Shown one piece after another: positions 48,367-58,036 of a stretch of DNA of 62,933 bases. Numbering within the stretch: the stretch's first letter is position 1; each line of letters begins with the position of its first letter. Source of the stretch: Chloroflexota bacterium (GTDB lineage Bacteria > Chloroflexota > Dehalococcoidia > UBA2247 > RBG-13-53-26); the NCBI GenBank assembly GCA_016876035.1, contig VGOE01000003.1, forward strand, positions 1 through 62,933. The letters run 5' to 3'. The notes under the pieces were generated by a model that was given only the letters and a program-made list of their open reading frames with translations, was not told the DNA's origin and searched no databases. The translations under genes and the position numbers were made by a program.

Positions 48367-49734
48367 ATGGTTGGGGCCACTTCTTGCTTTGAGTGCTGTC
48401 CGGACGCCACAAAGGTCAGTCGTTTCCGTTTCTCGCTGCCACCATCTGTGATGCGCTCTTTGTTCATCAACCCAGTCGTCCATGTAAGACAAGCCCACAG
48501 GACTAGACGGGCGGCAATCGCCGCCATAGCTGCCTTCGGGGCTATTCTGGCTGGTGTGTTCCTGATGTCGGCTGTCCATGATGCGGCACTTAGTGCGGTA
48601 CTTGGCACGGTGGCACTAGCTTGTCTTGGAGCTGTCATTGGCCCTTTTACGGGAGGCAATGAAGCAGAATGGATTAGGTATCTAGAGACGTTAGTGAGGA
48701 CTGAGAGAGACAGGCTACTGGCAATACTGAACACTATGGGAGAGGGAGTGGCTATCATTGGGCCAGACTACAAGATACGCTTTATGAATCCAAGCATGTT
48801 AAGAGAATTCGGCGACGGTGTCGGTAGCTATTGTTATAAGCATCTCCATGGCTTCGATGAGCCATGCGATGAGATGTGCAGGTTACGGGAGGTCATAATT
48901 GGTTCAACTGAGAGGTCGGAATATCACTTTCCAGACGGGAGAATATATGAAGTAGTATCGTCGCCCTTTGCTGATTCCGACCAGGTGTCTTGTATGCTGG
49001 CCACTTTCAGAAACATCACCCATCAGAAGCTGGTCGAGCTTGAGCTTGTCAAACTTAACCAGCTTAAATCAGAACTTCTATCCAATGTCTCTCACGAACT
49101 CCGATCACCATTGACCTCGATAAAGGGGATCATCAGCAGCCTGTTGCAAGAAGACATAGGGTGGGATAACGAGTCACGGAAGATGCTTTTGATTGGAATG
49201 AGCGAGGAGACGGATAGGTTGGCGAGCCTGGTTACCAATTTGCTCAACATGAGCAAATTGGATGCCGGTGTTTGGGGGCCAGAGAGGGATCGCTGTAGTG
49301 TCCCGGAGATTGTCACTGAGACGCTGGAACGCCAGAAGTGGGTTAGCAAGGATCATATATTTGAAACCGAGTTCGCCCCGGACTTACCAGAAGTCTTCGC
49401 CGACTCTAACCAGATAAAGCAAGTTTTGATCAACTTGCTGGAGAACGCGGTGGCTTACTCCGAGGAAGGAACTAAGATAGTGGTCGAGGCAAAGAGGATC
49501 AATAACGAAGTGGAGGTGACCGTATCTGACCAGGGTGTTGGAATCCCGCCGGGGGAGCTGGAGAAGATATTTGACAAGTTCTATCGGGGTACACAGAAGC
49601 GTCGGCGTCCTGGGGGTACCGGGCTGGGCCTGGCTATTGGCAGAGCCATTGTTCTGACCCATGGCGGGCGCATATGGGCCGAAAGTGAAATCGGCCGCGG
49701 CTCCACCTTCCATTTCACTTTGCCGGCTATCTAG
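48367..49734 (+). CDS. Membrane PAS-domain sensor histidine kinase (orphan); start uncertain
   Basis: Two TM segments, PAS-like region, SHELRSPL, QVL.NLLENA, DQG.GI, GTGLGL. Confidence 0.88.
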   Translation: MVGATSCFECCPDATKVSRFRFSLPPSVMRSLFINPVVHVRQAHRTRRAAIAAIAAFGAILAGVFLMSAVHDAALSAVLGTVALACLGAVIGPFTGGNEAEWIRYLETLVRTERDRLLAILNTMGEGVAIIGPDYKIRFMNPSMLREFGDGVGSYCYKHLHGFDEPCDEMCRLREVIIGSTERSEYHFPDGRIYEVVSSPFADSDQVSCMLATFRNITHQKLVELELVKLNQLKSELLSNVSHELRSPLTSIKGIISSLLQEDIGWDNESRKMLLIGMSEETDRLASLVTNLLNMSKLDAGVWGPERDRCSVPEIVTETLERQKWVSKDHIFETEFAPDLPEVFADSNQIKQVLINLLENAVAYSEEGTKIVVEAKRINNEVEVTVSDQGVGIPPGELEKIFDKFYRGTQKRRRPGGTGLGLAIGRAIVLTHGGRIWAESEIGRGSTFHFTLPAI

Positions 49735-49762
49735 CAAAGTACGCTGGACAAGGGGGTTATCT

Positions 49763-49945
49763 GTGGCGGATGCGGCCATACTGGCAGCCGCAGCGGCAGC
49801 TCAGCCCGATTACTTCGTCACTGGTGACGCCGACTTCCTTGAAAACTCAGGCATTAGAAGAGAGACGGGCCTGCGAATCGTATGGCCAGCGCAGTTCCTG
49901 AACCTGTTGGAAGATGAGGTGAACCATGAGAGAAGGAGAGCTTGA
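49763..49945 (+). pseudogene. PIN-domain (VapC-like) toxin C-terminal fragment
   Basis: DAAILAAA.AAQPDYFVTGD.DFL...RIVWP.QFL; N-terminal acidic residues are absent and the upstream frame overlaps the kinase. Confidence 0.65.
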
Positions 49946-50018
49946 GCTATTTCCCAAAAGGGGGCGTGTCAAATCGGGGGTTTCGGTTTTGGCTGTGGCA
50001 AGGTATAATAGTGTCATC

Positions 50019-50468
50019 ATGAAGGTAATCTTTCTCAAAGATGTGGGTAGAGTAGCCAGGGCAGGTGACATAAAGGAAGTGGCCGATGGTTACGGCAGGA
50101 ACTTCCTGCTCCCTAAGAAGCTGGCTATGCTGGCGACGCCTTCAGCCATCAAGGCAGCGGAGGTGCACATTCAGAAGGAGCGGGAGCAGGAACAGCACTT
50201 TGCCACTGAGGCGGAGAAACTGGCCCAGCAACTGGAGGGGGTTGCTGTCACTTTCAAGGCAAAAGTGGCGGAACAGGACCATCTTTACGGCTCTATCAGG
50301 GACAGCGATATCGCTGATGAGCTGAGCAAACTGACTGGCCTCGATATCGACAAGAAGAAGATACAGTTGGAAGAGCCTATCCGTCTTCTGGGAGAGCATG
50401 CGGTAGTAGTCAGGTTGAGCAAAGACCTGACCGCCACGATAAAAGTTATTATTGCCCCGGAGGAGTAG
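50019..50468 (+). CDS. rplI: 50S ribosomal protein L9
   Basis: MKVIFLKDV...[20 protein letters not shown]; 149 aa from ATG 50019. Confidence 0.97.
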   Translation: MKVIFLKDVGRVARAGDIKEVADGYGRNFLLPKKLAMLATPSAIKAAEVHIQKEREQEQHFATEAEKLAQQLEGVAVTFKAKVAEQDHLYGSIRDSDIADELSKLTGLDIDKKKIQLEEPIRLLGEHAVVVRLSKDLTATIKVIIAPEE

Positions 50469-50469
50469 T

Positions 50470-51873
50470 GTGGCGGATAACGGAAGGTTGCCTCCGCACA
50501 ATGTTGAGGCGGAAGAGGCGGTAATCGGCTCCCTTCTTGTTGACCCCGAGGCCATTGTTAAGGTAAGTGACTTCCTCAAGCCCGAGGCCTTCTACCGAGA
50601 GAAGAACCAGTGGCTGTACAGCGCTTGCCTGTCTCTCTATGACCGAAGTGAGGCCATAGACCAGATCAGTGTGGCCCAAGAGTTGGCCAGAAAAGGCAGG
50701 CTGGAGCAGGTTGGCGGCCCGGGTTATCTCAGCCACCTGGTCTCGGTGTTGCCTACCTCCGTTCACGTTGAACATTATGCGCAGATTGTGCACCGCCTGG
50801 CGCTAATGCGCCGGCTTATTGCTGCTGGCGGGCAAATTGCTGCCATAGGCTATGAAGCAGATCCCGATGTGGATGCAGCCCTGAGCAAGGCAGAGGACGT
50901 CCTGTACCGGCTGCGCCAAGGTGAAATCCACCGCGACTTTGTCCACATACGTCCCATTCTCGATCAGTACTTTGAGCAGACCGGTGTGTCTCCTCCACTG
51001 ACCGCGGTCTCCGGACGTCCCTCACCGGTGCTTACCGGCTTCGGTGGCCTGGACGAGCTTCTGGGTGGCCTACAGCGCTCCGACATGATCGTGCTGGCAG
51101 CAAGGACAAGCCTGGGCAAGTCTAGCCTGGCCCTGAACATTGCCAGGAATGCCGCTGTGAATCAGGGGGCCCATGTGGCCATCTTCAGCTTGGAGATGTC
51201 CAAGGAGCAGATAGTGCAGCGTCTTCTGGCCAGTGAGGCAGAGGTGGACTTGCAGCGCATCAAGAGGGGATATTATAGCATTCCAGAAGAGAAAAGGGTG
51301 ATGCAGGCTGCGGGTGTCCTTTCGCAAGCGCCAATCTATGTGGACGACTCGCCAATCCTGAGGGTAACAGCGATGCGCGGTAAGGCACGTCGCTTGGATC
51401 ATCAGGAAGGTATTGACCTTATCGTTGTGGACTACTTGCAGTTGATCCGGGGGGATAGCAGAACTGAAAACAAGGTTCAGGAGATCAGCGAAATCTCCCG
51501 CTCCCTCAAGGCGCTGGCGCGGGAGCTAGACGCTCCTGTCATGGCACTATCCCAGCTAAGCAGAGCGGTGGAAACGCGCACGCCCCATATCCCACAGCTC
51601 TCCGATCTGAGAGAGAGTGGTAGCATTGAGCAGGACGCTGACATTGTCATGTTTATCTACAGGGAAGATGTCTATTACAAGAAGGAGGAGTGGGATAGGC
51701 AGTTCCCTGATAAGCAATATCCCGAGGGTCTGGCTACCATAAAGATAGCGAAGCATCGCCACGGGCCAACAGAGGATCGAGCATTGAGGTTTCGCCAGAA
51801 TATCGTCAAGTTTGAGAGCTACCTGGAGGCAGCGGAGATTGAACAACCAACCCTTCCGCGGTTTTCCACCTAG
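50470..51873 (+). CDS. dnaB: Replicative DNA helicase
   Basis: PPHNVEAE, LAARTSLGKS, FSLEMS, VDYLQL, LSQLSR, DLRESGSIEQDAD, IAKHRHGP. Confidence 0.97.
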   Translation: MADNGRLPPHNVEAEEAVIGSLLVDPEAIVKVSDFLKPEAFYREKNQWLYSACLSLYDRSEAIDQISVAQELARKGRLEQVGGPGYLSHLVSVLPTSVHVEHYAQIVHRLALMRRLIAAGGQIAAIGYEADPDVDAALSKAEDVLYRLRQGEIHRDFVHIRPILDQYFEQTGVSPPLTAVSGRPSPVLTGFGGLDELLGGLQRSDMIVLAARTSLGKSSLALNIARNAAVNQGAHVAIFSLEMSKEQIVQRLLASEAEVDLQRIKRGYYSIPEEKRVMQAAGVLSQAPIYVDDSPILRVTAMRGKARRLDHQEGIDLIVVDYLQLIRGDSRTENKVQEISEISRSLKALARELDAPVMALSQLSRAVETRTPHIPQLSDLRESGSIEQDADIVMFIYREDVYYKKEEWDRQFPDKQYPEGLATIKIAKHRHGPTEDRALRFRQNIVKFESYLEAAEIEQPTLPRFST

Positions 51874-52552
51874 GCTGAGTTTCACTCCAATCCCTAACCT
51901 TTTCTTTGCCAGGTTGCTTCCTGAGATGGACAGCCTGGCTGAGGTGAAGCTGGTCCTCCACATTTTCTGGCGGCTGTACCAGAAGCGGGGTGCCCTGAAG
52001 TTTGTCACCTACAAAGAGCTTGTGGCTGACAAGACCCTGAGGGTCGGCCGGGATGAGGCGGGCGATCTTGATGGGGCACTGCGCAGTGCCCTGGAGTCGG
52101 CGGTAGAGCGTGGTGTCCTCCTGCACCTGGTGCTGGAAAGAGACGGGGGGTGGGAAGAAGTCTACTTTGTTAATACCGAAGCCAACAGGCAGGCCGTTGC
52201 TAAGATACAAAACGGTGAGCTATCTCTGGGGGCGCTGCCTCAGCCCCAGCCCCACATAGAAGAAGAGAAACCCAACATCTTTGCTCTGTACGAGCAGAAC
52301 ATCGGCCTGCTTACCCCGATGATTGCCGAGGAGCTAAAAGAAGCGGAGAGGCTTTATCCTGCCTCCTGGATTGAGGAGGCCTTCAAGGAGGCCGTCAGTC
52401 TAAACAAACGCAGTTGGCGTTACATCGCTCGCATACTAGAACGCTGGGCCACGGAAGGCAAAGGTAGTGGAGAGTCTGGGAGAGATCCTAAAAAGAAGAG
52501 GGATCCCAGCCGGTACTTCCAGGGAAAGTACGGGCACCTGGTCAAACGCTGA
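51839..52552 (+). CDS. dnaD: DnaD-domain protein
   Basis: GFP...FTPIPNLFF N-terminus; IF.LYEQNIG.LTP, WIEEA..EA...N.RSW.YI..ILERW. Confidence 0.85.
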   Translation: MNNQPFRGFPPRLSFTPIPNLFFARLLPEMDSLAEVKLVLHIFWRLYQKRGALKFVTYKELVADKTLRVGRDEAGDLDGALRSALESAVERGVLLHLVLERDGGWEEVYFVNTEANRQAVAKIQNGELSLGALPQPQPHIEEEKPNIFALYEQNIGLLTPMIAEELKEAERLYPASWIEEAFKEAVSLNKRSWRYIARILERWATEGKGSGESGRDPKKKRDPSRYFQGKYGHLVKR

Positions 52553-53876
52553 ATCGCCGGAGGAACCGCCGCCCTGCCCTCGCTGCAAGGGGGCTGGATT
52601 TGTTCATCCTAGGCTGGATTCCGGTGGCACTGACTACACCCGGGTGGTACCCTGCCAGTGCACCCAGGGGGGGCTGGAGAAAAACCGCCTGGCGCGCCTT
52701 CAGCGGTACAGCAACCTGGGCGCGCTGACCCGTCTTACCTTCGAAAGCCTGACGCTCCCGGGCAGAAGCGGTGATCCCACCAACCAGGAAAGGTTTCTTC
52801 ATGCCTACCGGGCAGCCGTCGCCTTTGCCCAGAAGCCTAAAGGCTGGCTGGTGTTCATGGGGCCCAGTGGCTGTGGCAAGACCCATCTGGCGGCTGCCAT
52901 TGCTAACCACCTGCTTTCTCAGGGCGAGCCGGCTTTCTTCATCGGTGTGTCCGATCTGCTCGATCACTTGCGATCGACCTTCAACCCAGGAAGCGATATC
53001 TCCTACGATGTCCTTTTTGAGCAGGTGCAGAATGCCCCCGTGCTGATCCTGGATGATCTGGGCACCCAGACCAGCACCCCTTGGGCGCAGGAGAAGCTGT
53101 TCCAGATTATTAACCACCGCTTTAGTGCCCAGTTGCCCACAGTGATAAACATAGCTGCTGGGACATCTCTGGAGGGACTGGAGGAGCGCTGGTACACCCG
53201 CCTGACTGACCCCACTCTTTCCCAGGTATACCTTGTGGAGGAAAAGGGATCCCCTCTGCTGGATTATTCAGGCATTCTGGCACTGGAGTTACTCAGCAGC
53301 ATGACTTTTGAGAATTTCGATCCGAAGAGGATCAATCTTCCTTTGGAGCATCGGCAGAACCTGGAGCAAGCCTTTCGGCTGGCTCGGGGCTTTGCTGCAT
53401 CTCCGGATGGATGGTTGATATTTGAGGGAGAGAACGGCTGTGGTAAGACTCATCTGGCTGCCGCTATCGCCAACTACCGGCTCAGGCAGGGCAACCCGAT
53501 CTTTTTTGTCGTTGTCCCTGACTTTCTAGACCATCTCAGGTCTACCTTCAGCCCGGAAAGCAAGGTCACTTATGATGAAGTCTTTGAAAGGGTGAAGACG
53601 GCCCCTCTTCTCATTTTGGATGACTTTGGGGAGCACACCAGCACCCCGTGGGCTCAGGAGAAGCTTTACCAATTGATCAACTATCGGTATAACTCCCGCC
53701 TTCCGATGGTGGTCACCACATGCTGCACTCTGGAGGAAATTGAACCTCGCATTAGCTCACGTCTGGCAGACCCCCGCCTCAGCACGGTATTCACTATCAT
53801 GGCCCCTGACTATAGAGCCGATCGATCTAGCACAAGGAAGGCTAAGGGCGAGCAGCGACACGGTCGAAAAGCGTAG
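52467..53876 (+). CDS. dnaC: DnaC/IstB-like helicase loader with two tandem AAA+ domains
   Basis: CPRCKG..VVPCQC Zn site; GPSGCGKTHLA/LILDDLG and GENGCGKTHLA/LILDDFG. Confidence 0.85.
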   Translation: MESLGEILKRRGIPAGTSRESTGTWSNAESPEEPPPCPRCKGAGFVHPRLDSGGTDYTRVVPCQCTQGGLEKNRLARLQRYSNLGALTRLTFESLTLPGRSGDPTNQERFLHAYRAAVAFAQKPKGWLVFMGPSGCGKTHLAAAIANHLLSQGEPAFFIGVSDLLDHLRSTFNPGSDISYDVLFEQVQNAPVLILDDLGTQTSTPWAQEKLFQIINHRFSAQLPTVINIAAGTSLEGLEERWYTRLTDPTLSQVYLVEEKGSPLLDYSGILALELLSSMTFENFDPKRINLPLEHRQNLEQAFRLARGFAASPDGWLIFEGENGCGKTHLAAAIANYRLRQGNPIFFVVVPDFLDHLRSTFSPESKVTYDEVFERVKTAPLLILDDFGEHTSTPWAQEKLYQLINYRYNSRLPMVVTTCCTLEEIEPRISSRLADPRLSTVFTIMAPDYRADRSSTRKAKGEQRHGRKA

Positions 53877-53923
53877 CTCCCTGTGCGGGCAGCGCGCCAG
53901 GGAAACCGCGCCCAGGTTTCCGT

Positions 53924-54901
53924 CTAATAACCGGGCGTCAGCGACGACAGATGCTTGATCCTCTTCAGCATGTTGGGGTGGGTGCTCAGCATCTCCAGCA
54001 TCTTGTCCCCGGTACTCAGACGGACGGTTTTAGATCGCAGCGCCGCCAGTTCGTTGGCGTCTATGGTGCCGCTCATGTTGGTGTCAACTTGAGAGAGTTC
54101 CCTGACCTCATTCCAGGCGCGGGAAGGGTCATTGATGAAGAAAGCCTTAACCCCCTCTATCTCCTTCATCTCCGCGCTGCCCTTCTGGCGGGCATTACTG
54201 TAGACCAGCTTGTAAAGAGCGGTAGCGAGGTGGTGAGGGCCATTCCCCAGTTTGACACTTCCTCTATCGGCGTAGTACTCGCGGATGCGAGAGCCATAGA
54301 GCACCAGCAGGTTGGTGATGAAGTAGACTACAAACGCGCCCAGGCCAATGAGCACGGCGTAGCCGGCACCGTTCCTTCTGCCGCCAAACATGCCGCGAAA
54401 CATAAAGGTCAGGGCGATCCAATACATGATGAGCGGGATGACGGACAGCAGGGTGATGACTAACATATCCCGGTGTTTGATGTGGCAAATTTCATGCCCC
54501 ATGACAGCCTTGAGTTCATCCTTGCTCAGCAGCCTCATGATTGCTGGGGTAACGCAGACGCGCCCGTCTGCATGTGTCCGCCCGAAAGCAAAGGCGTTGG
54601 GTGGTGCTTTTGAGAGCTGGGAGATGCCCACTTTGGGTTTGGGAATTCCAGCCCTCTCCGCCTCCTCGGCTACCATCCTATGTAGCTCCGGCTCTTCCTT
54701 TTCAGACACCCACTTCACCCTCATGGTCCAGCCTACTATGGACGGGCCGATCAAGTACTGTATGAAAAGAAGGATAAATCCTATAACGAGAAAGGCTATG
54801 GGGTTGAAGCCGCTAACAGCCACCCCGATACCGGTGATCACCCCGTAGAGAATGGCGAAAAGCAGCGCCACTAATAGATACATCCTCGTTCTCAGCCACA
54901 T
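53924..54901 (-). CDS. htpX: HtpX (M48) membrane zinc metalloprotease with EF-hand-like insert
   Basis: PNAFAFG, HEICH, REYYAD, STHP...RI; DTNMSGTIDANEL loop. Confidence 0.92.
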   Translation of the reverse strand: MWLRTRMYLLVALLFAILYGVITGIGVAVSGFNPIAFLVIGFILLFIQYLIGPSIVGWTMRVKWVSEKEEPELHRMVAEEAERAGIPKPKVGISQLSKAPPNAFAFGRTHADGRVCVTPAIMRLLSKDELKAVMGHEICHIKHRDMLVITLLSVIPLIMYWIALTFMFRGMFGGRRNGAGYAVLIGLGAFVVYFITNLLVLYGSRIREYYADRGSVKLGNGPHHLATALYKLVYSNARQKGSAEMKEIEGVKAFFINDPSRAWNEVRELSQVDTNMSGTIDANELAALRSKTVRLSTGDKMLEMLSTHPNMLKRIKHLSSLTPGY

Positions 54902-55113
54902 ATTATGTTATCCCTCCCGACGAGTTTGGTCTTGAACTTCAGACCTTACTTACACTTACTATTATAACGTCCCGCCAAAACACTTGACCAGCGGCAATCC
55001 TCCCATTGACTTGGCACTCCCGGCCATCGGCATAATCAATTTTACCACATCTTGTAGAGCTGTGCTTTCAAAATTGAAGTCCGATAGCATCCGCTATAGA
55101 ATAAGGAACCAGA

Positions 55114-56391
55114 ATGAGCAAAATCTCCATAGAATCCCTGGGTTGCAAGCTGAACCAGGCGGAGACCGAGTCTTTTGCCTGGCGCCTTCTCGGCAAGGGG
55201 TACCAACTAGCTGAATCGGCCGAAGAGGCCGATATCTATGTGCTCAATACTTGCACTGTCACCCACGTTGCCGATCGTAAGGCGCGCCACTTGCTGAGGT
55301 CAGCGCAACGCGCTAACCCGCAAGCGTTGATCGTGGCCGTAGGCTGCTATGCTCAGCGAGCACCGGAGGAGTTGCGTCAACTGGGTGTAGTTGACCTCAT
55401 TCTGGATAATCAAGAAAAGGAGCGCCTGGCAGAAGTTCTAACTGACAGGAGCGCCCCGATCGGCAAAGGACGACAAGGGCCAGTCATGGGCCATCAGGGC
55501 CGCAGCCGTTCGCTGATCAAGATTCAGGAGGGCTGCAACAGCTTTTGCTCTTTTTGTGTAGTGCCCTACACGCGGGGTAGGGAGCGCAGCCGGCCATGGC
55601 CGGAAGTGCTTCATGAGGTCAGGGAAAGAGAGGACGCAGGCTACAAGGAAGTGATCCTCACTGGGACCAAGATAGGAACCTACCGATGGAATGGGGAGAG
55701 CCACGGTGGGCTGGTGCGGTTGATCGGAAGCATTTTGGAGGAAACGAATGTAGAGCGGCTGCGTCTTTCCTCTCTTCAGCCTCAGGACTTGACCCCTGAG
55801 CTGATAGATTTGTGGGCTGATGATCGCCTTTGTCCGCATTTACACCTTCCCCTGCAAAGTGGCAGCCAGGCAATGCTAGAGCGTATGGGCCGGGGATATT
55901 CTCTTATTGAGTATGAGAGGGCAGTATGCCGCGCTTGTCAGGCGATCCCCAACTTGGCCATCACTACCGATGTCATGGTTGGCTTCCCTGGTGAAGGGGA
56001 GAAGGAATTCGAGGAGAGCTATCGTTTCTGTGAGAGGATGGGCTTTGCCAAGATTCACGTTTTCCCCTATTCGGCACGCTGCGGAACGGCGGCAGCCACA
56101 CTCCCTGGTCAGGTCAACGGAAGGGTGAAGAGAGACCGCTCCCAACAGATGCTGGCCCTGGCTGAGCAAAGCGCGCGATGCTTCAGGGAAGGGTTCCTGG
56201 GCCAGACTATGACGGTCTTGTGGGAAAGCCAACTGGATGAGGGAATTTGGGGTGGGCTTACTGCCAATTACCTGCGGGTGTTTGCCCGAAGCGAGGAAGA
56301 CCTGACTAATCGCCTTCTGAAAGCGAAGCTGGTGGCGGAGCAGGCTCAGGGGCTGATGGGAGAGCTTGCCCAGGAGGATAGAGATGGGTGA
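55114..56391 (+). CDS. mtaB: tRNA t6A37 methylthiotransferase
   Basis: LGCKLNQAET, NTCTVT, GCYAQ, KIQEGCNSFCSFC, HVFPYS.R.GT.A, TRAM-like C-terminus. Confidence 0.9.
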   Translation: MSKISIESLGCKLNQAETESFAWRLLGKGYQLAESAEEADIYVLNTCTVTHVADRKARHLLRSAQRANPQALIVAVGCYAQRAPEELRQLGVVDLILDNQEKERLAEVLTDRSAPIGKGRQGPVMGHQGRSRSLIKIQEGCNSFCSFCVVPYTRGRERSRPWPEVLHEVREREDAGYKEVILTGTKIGTYRWNGESHGGLVRLIGSILEETNVERLRLSSLQPQDLTPELIDLWADDRLCPHLHLPLQSGSQAMLERMGRGYSLIEYERAVCRACQAIPNLAITTDVMVGFPGEGEKEFEESYRFCERMGFAKIHVFPYSARCGTAAATLPGQVNGRVKRDRSQQMLALAEQSARCFREGFLGQTMTVLWESQLDEGIWGGLTANYLRVFARSEEDLTNRLLKAKLVAEQAQGLMGELAQEDRDG

Positions 56392-56692
56392 CATATTGGA
56401 TGAAGTCTCTTCAGTGATAGAGTGCAAAGAATGCCCGTGGTATAAAGCTTGTGTCATGCCCATGAGATTTGCGACTGAGGACCTGGTGCGCGAGATGCGG
56501 CTAATGGCCCCGGGGTCAGGCTTTGACCAGATGAGAGAACAGGAATTCCGCAATCTGATAATGAACATGGCCGCCGTAGCACAGAATGTGCTCCTGGAGG
56601 GCTGTCCCGTTTTTGTCAGAAGGCTGAAATCGAGTCCCCGGCTGGCGGAGCAGATGAAGAAGCTGATGCAGAGTTGGGGTAGTGAGGGGTAA
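56384..56692 (+). CDS. Cys-containing hypothetical protein
   Basis: CKECPWYKAC...GCP; overlaps the mtaB stop, SD AGGAGG. Confidence 0.7.
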   Translation: MGDILDEVSSVIECKECPWYKACVMPMRFATEDLVREMRLMAPGSGFDQMREQEFRNLIMNMAAVAQNVLLEGCPVFVRRLKSSPRLAEQMKKLMQSWGSEG

Positions 56693-56908
56693 AGAAGCTA
56701 TTTCGATGTAGTGACCACCATGGATCCCTGTTCGGGCGGCCCGTGGATGGGTACGGTACTTTCTGGAGAGACACTTCACGCGAGGAAGGATCACAATGAT
56801 GTTTGTAATCAATCTCGTGCACAACTGCGGGTCAAATCGCACGCTTGACGCCACCCTTTGAGATGATGATAGTATAATCAATAATCAAACCTAGTTAGGA
56901 GGGATGAA

Positions 56909-57250
56909 ATGGAGAAATGGATTCTGAATGTGGAGACCAATTGTGCCGACTCCGCAAGAGAGAAGGAGTTCAACGAATGGTACGACAAAGTTCATCTGCC
57001 TGATATCTTGCACATACCGGAGGTGGTGCGAGCTTCCAGATATGAATGCGCCGATCCTTCCGAAGGGCAGGCGAAGTTTCTGGCCATATACGAAATAGAA
57101 ACCAAAGACCTCGGTGAGACGATGGCAGCGTTGGGAGAGCGATTGGAGGCGATAACGAGAGAGGGTCGGATGTCTGATCTATGTATACTTGTCGGCACAC
57201 GCATGTACAAGCAGATAACGGCTCCAGTTCAGAAAAGAAAGGCCAAGTAG
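56909..57250 (+). CDS. EthD/DUF4286-like dimeric alpha-beta barrel protein
   Basis: EFNEWYDKVHLPD.L..P.V..A.RY, FLAIYEIE; SD AGGAGG. Confidence 0.75.
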   Translation: MEKWILNVETNCADSAREKEFNEWYDKVHLPDILHIPEVVRASRYECADPSEGQAKFLAIYEIETKDLGETMAALGERLEAITREGRMSDLCILVGTRMYKQITAPVQKRKAK

Positions 57251-57308
57251 GAAGAAGGCAATATCTCTGAGAGTAGTCCGAAGTTCTACGAGGCACCGGT
57301 GGGGTGGG

Positions 57309-57365
57309 GCGCTCGAGTCTGCTCATAATTGAGCGTCTTAAGGTCAGGGTTCAAGTCCTGCGTGT
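57309..57365 (+). other. Degenerate tRNA-like remnant (CAT loop and T-arm-like)
   Basis: CTCATAA loop and GGTTCAAGTCC T-arm, but no D-arm or acceptor stem and broken stems. Confidence 0.25.
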
Positions 57366-57627
57366 TTGAGCTTTTTCAAGAGAGCTGGCATAGGGATGAC
57401 ATCCCTATCCTGAAGCTTACACCCGGAGGTGCACCACAGTATACTATCACCCCTGCTTGAAAAGCCAAGAAGCCATAGCCGGGAATGCGGGGCCGTGGAC
57501 GGCAGTAGCAAGCCTTGGTAATATCGATCTCGTGTTGCTATTGCCGTATCGCTGATGTTCTTTGGCGGATCACATGCGCGCATGGACAACAAGCGATGAC
57601 CCGTGATATTGTCGGAGTTGATAAGCT

Positions 57628-57819
57628 ATGCTTCTCCTGATGGAAGTGCTAACACCAGAGGTGGGCCGGAATCCTGACGAGCTGATCCGGCAGGTCAAGG
57701 CTTTCCAGCACGTGCGGGCCACGGGCGAAGTGACTCCTTCGGGTTGGCAACCGGGACAGATCACGCTCAAGCCAGGGCCAGCCCTTGTGGGCAGGGTCTG
57801 GGAGGTGTGGAAGCCATAG
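57628..57819 (+). pseudogene. Peroxiredoxin (AhpC/PrxU-like) C-terminal fragment
   Basis: MEVLTP.VGRN..E.IRQ..AFQHVR.TGE.TPSGW.PG..TLKPGP.LVG.VW..WK; in-frame TAA at 57622 and no N-terminal peroxidatic domain. Confidence 0.7.
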
Positions 57820-58036
57820 CCAACTTAATGCCTGTCTGATAACAGTTTCGTCCGGCATAGTAATTGGTACCGGGGTGAGAATCAGGACGGACCACGCGGA
57901 GTGGCGAACCTGGTCTTTACAGCCGTACTGGTGTCTCCTTGGGTTGTCCGATCTGTGGCCGTGGTCTACGTTTTTCTAATCTATGGGTTTTACTGGCTGG
58001 TAGGTCCAAGATTGGCTGATTCTTTCCGATTGGTGT

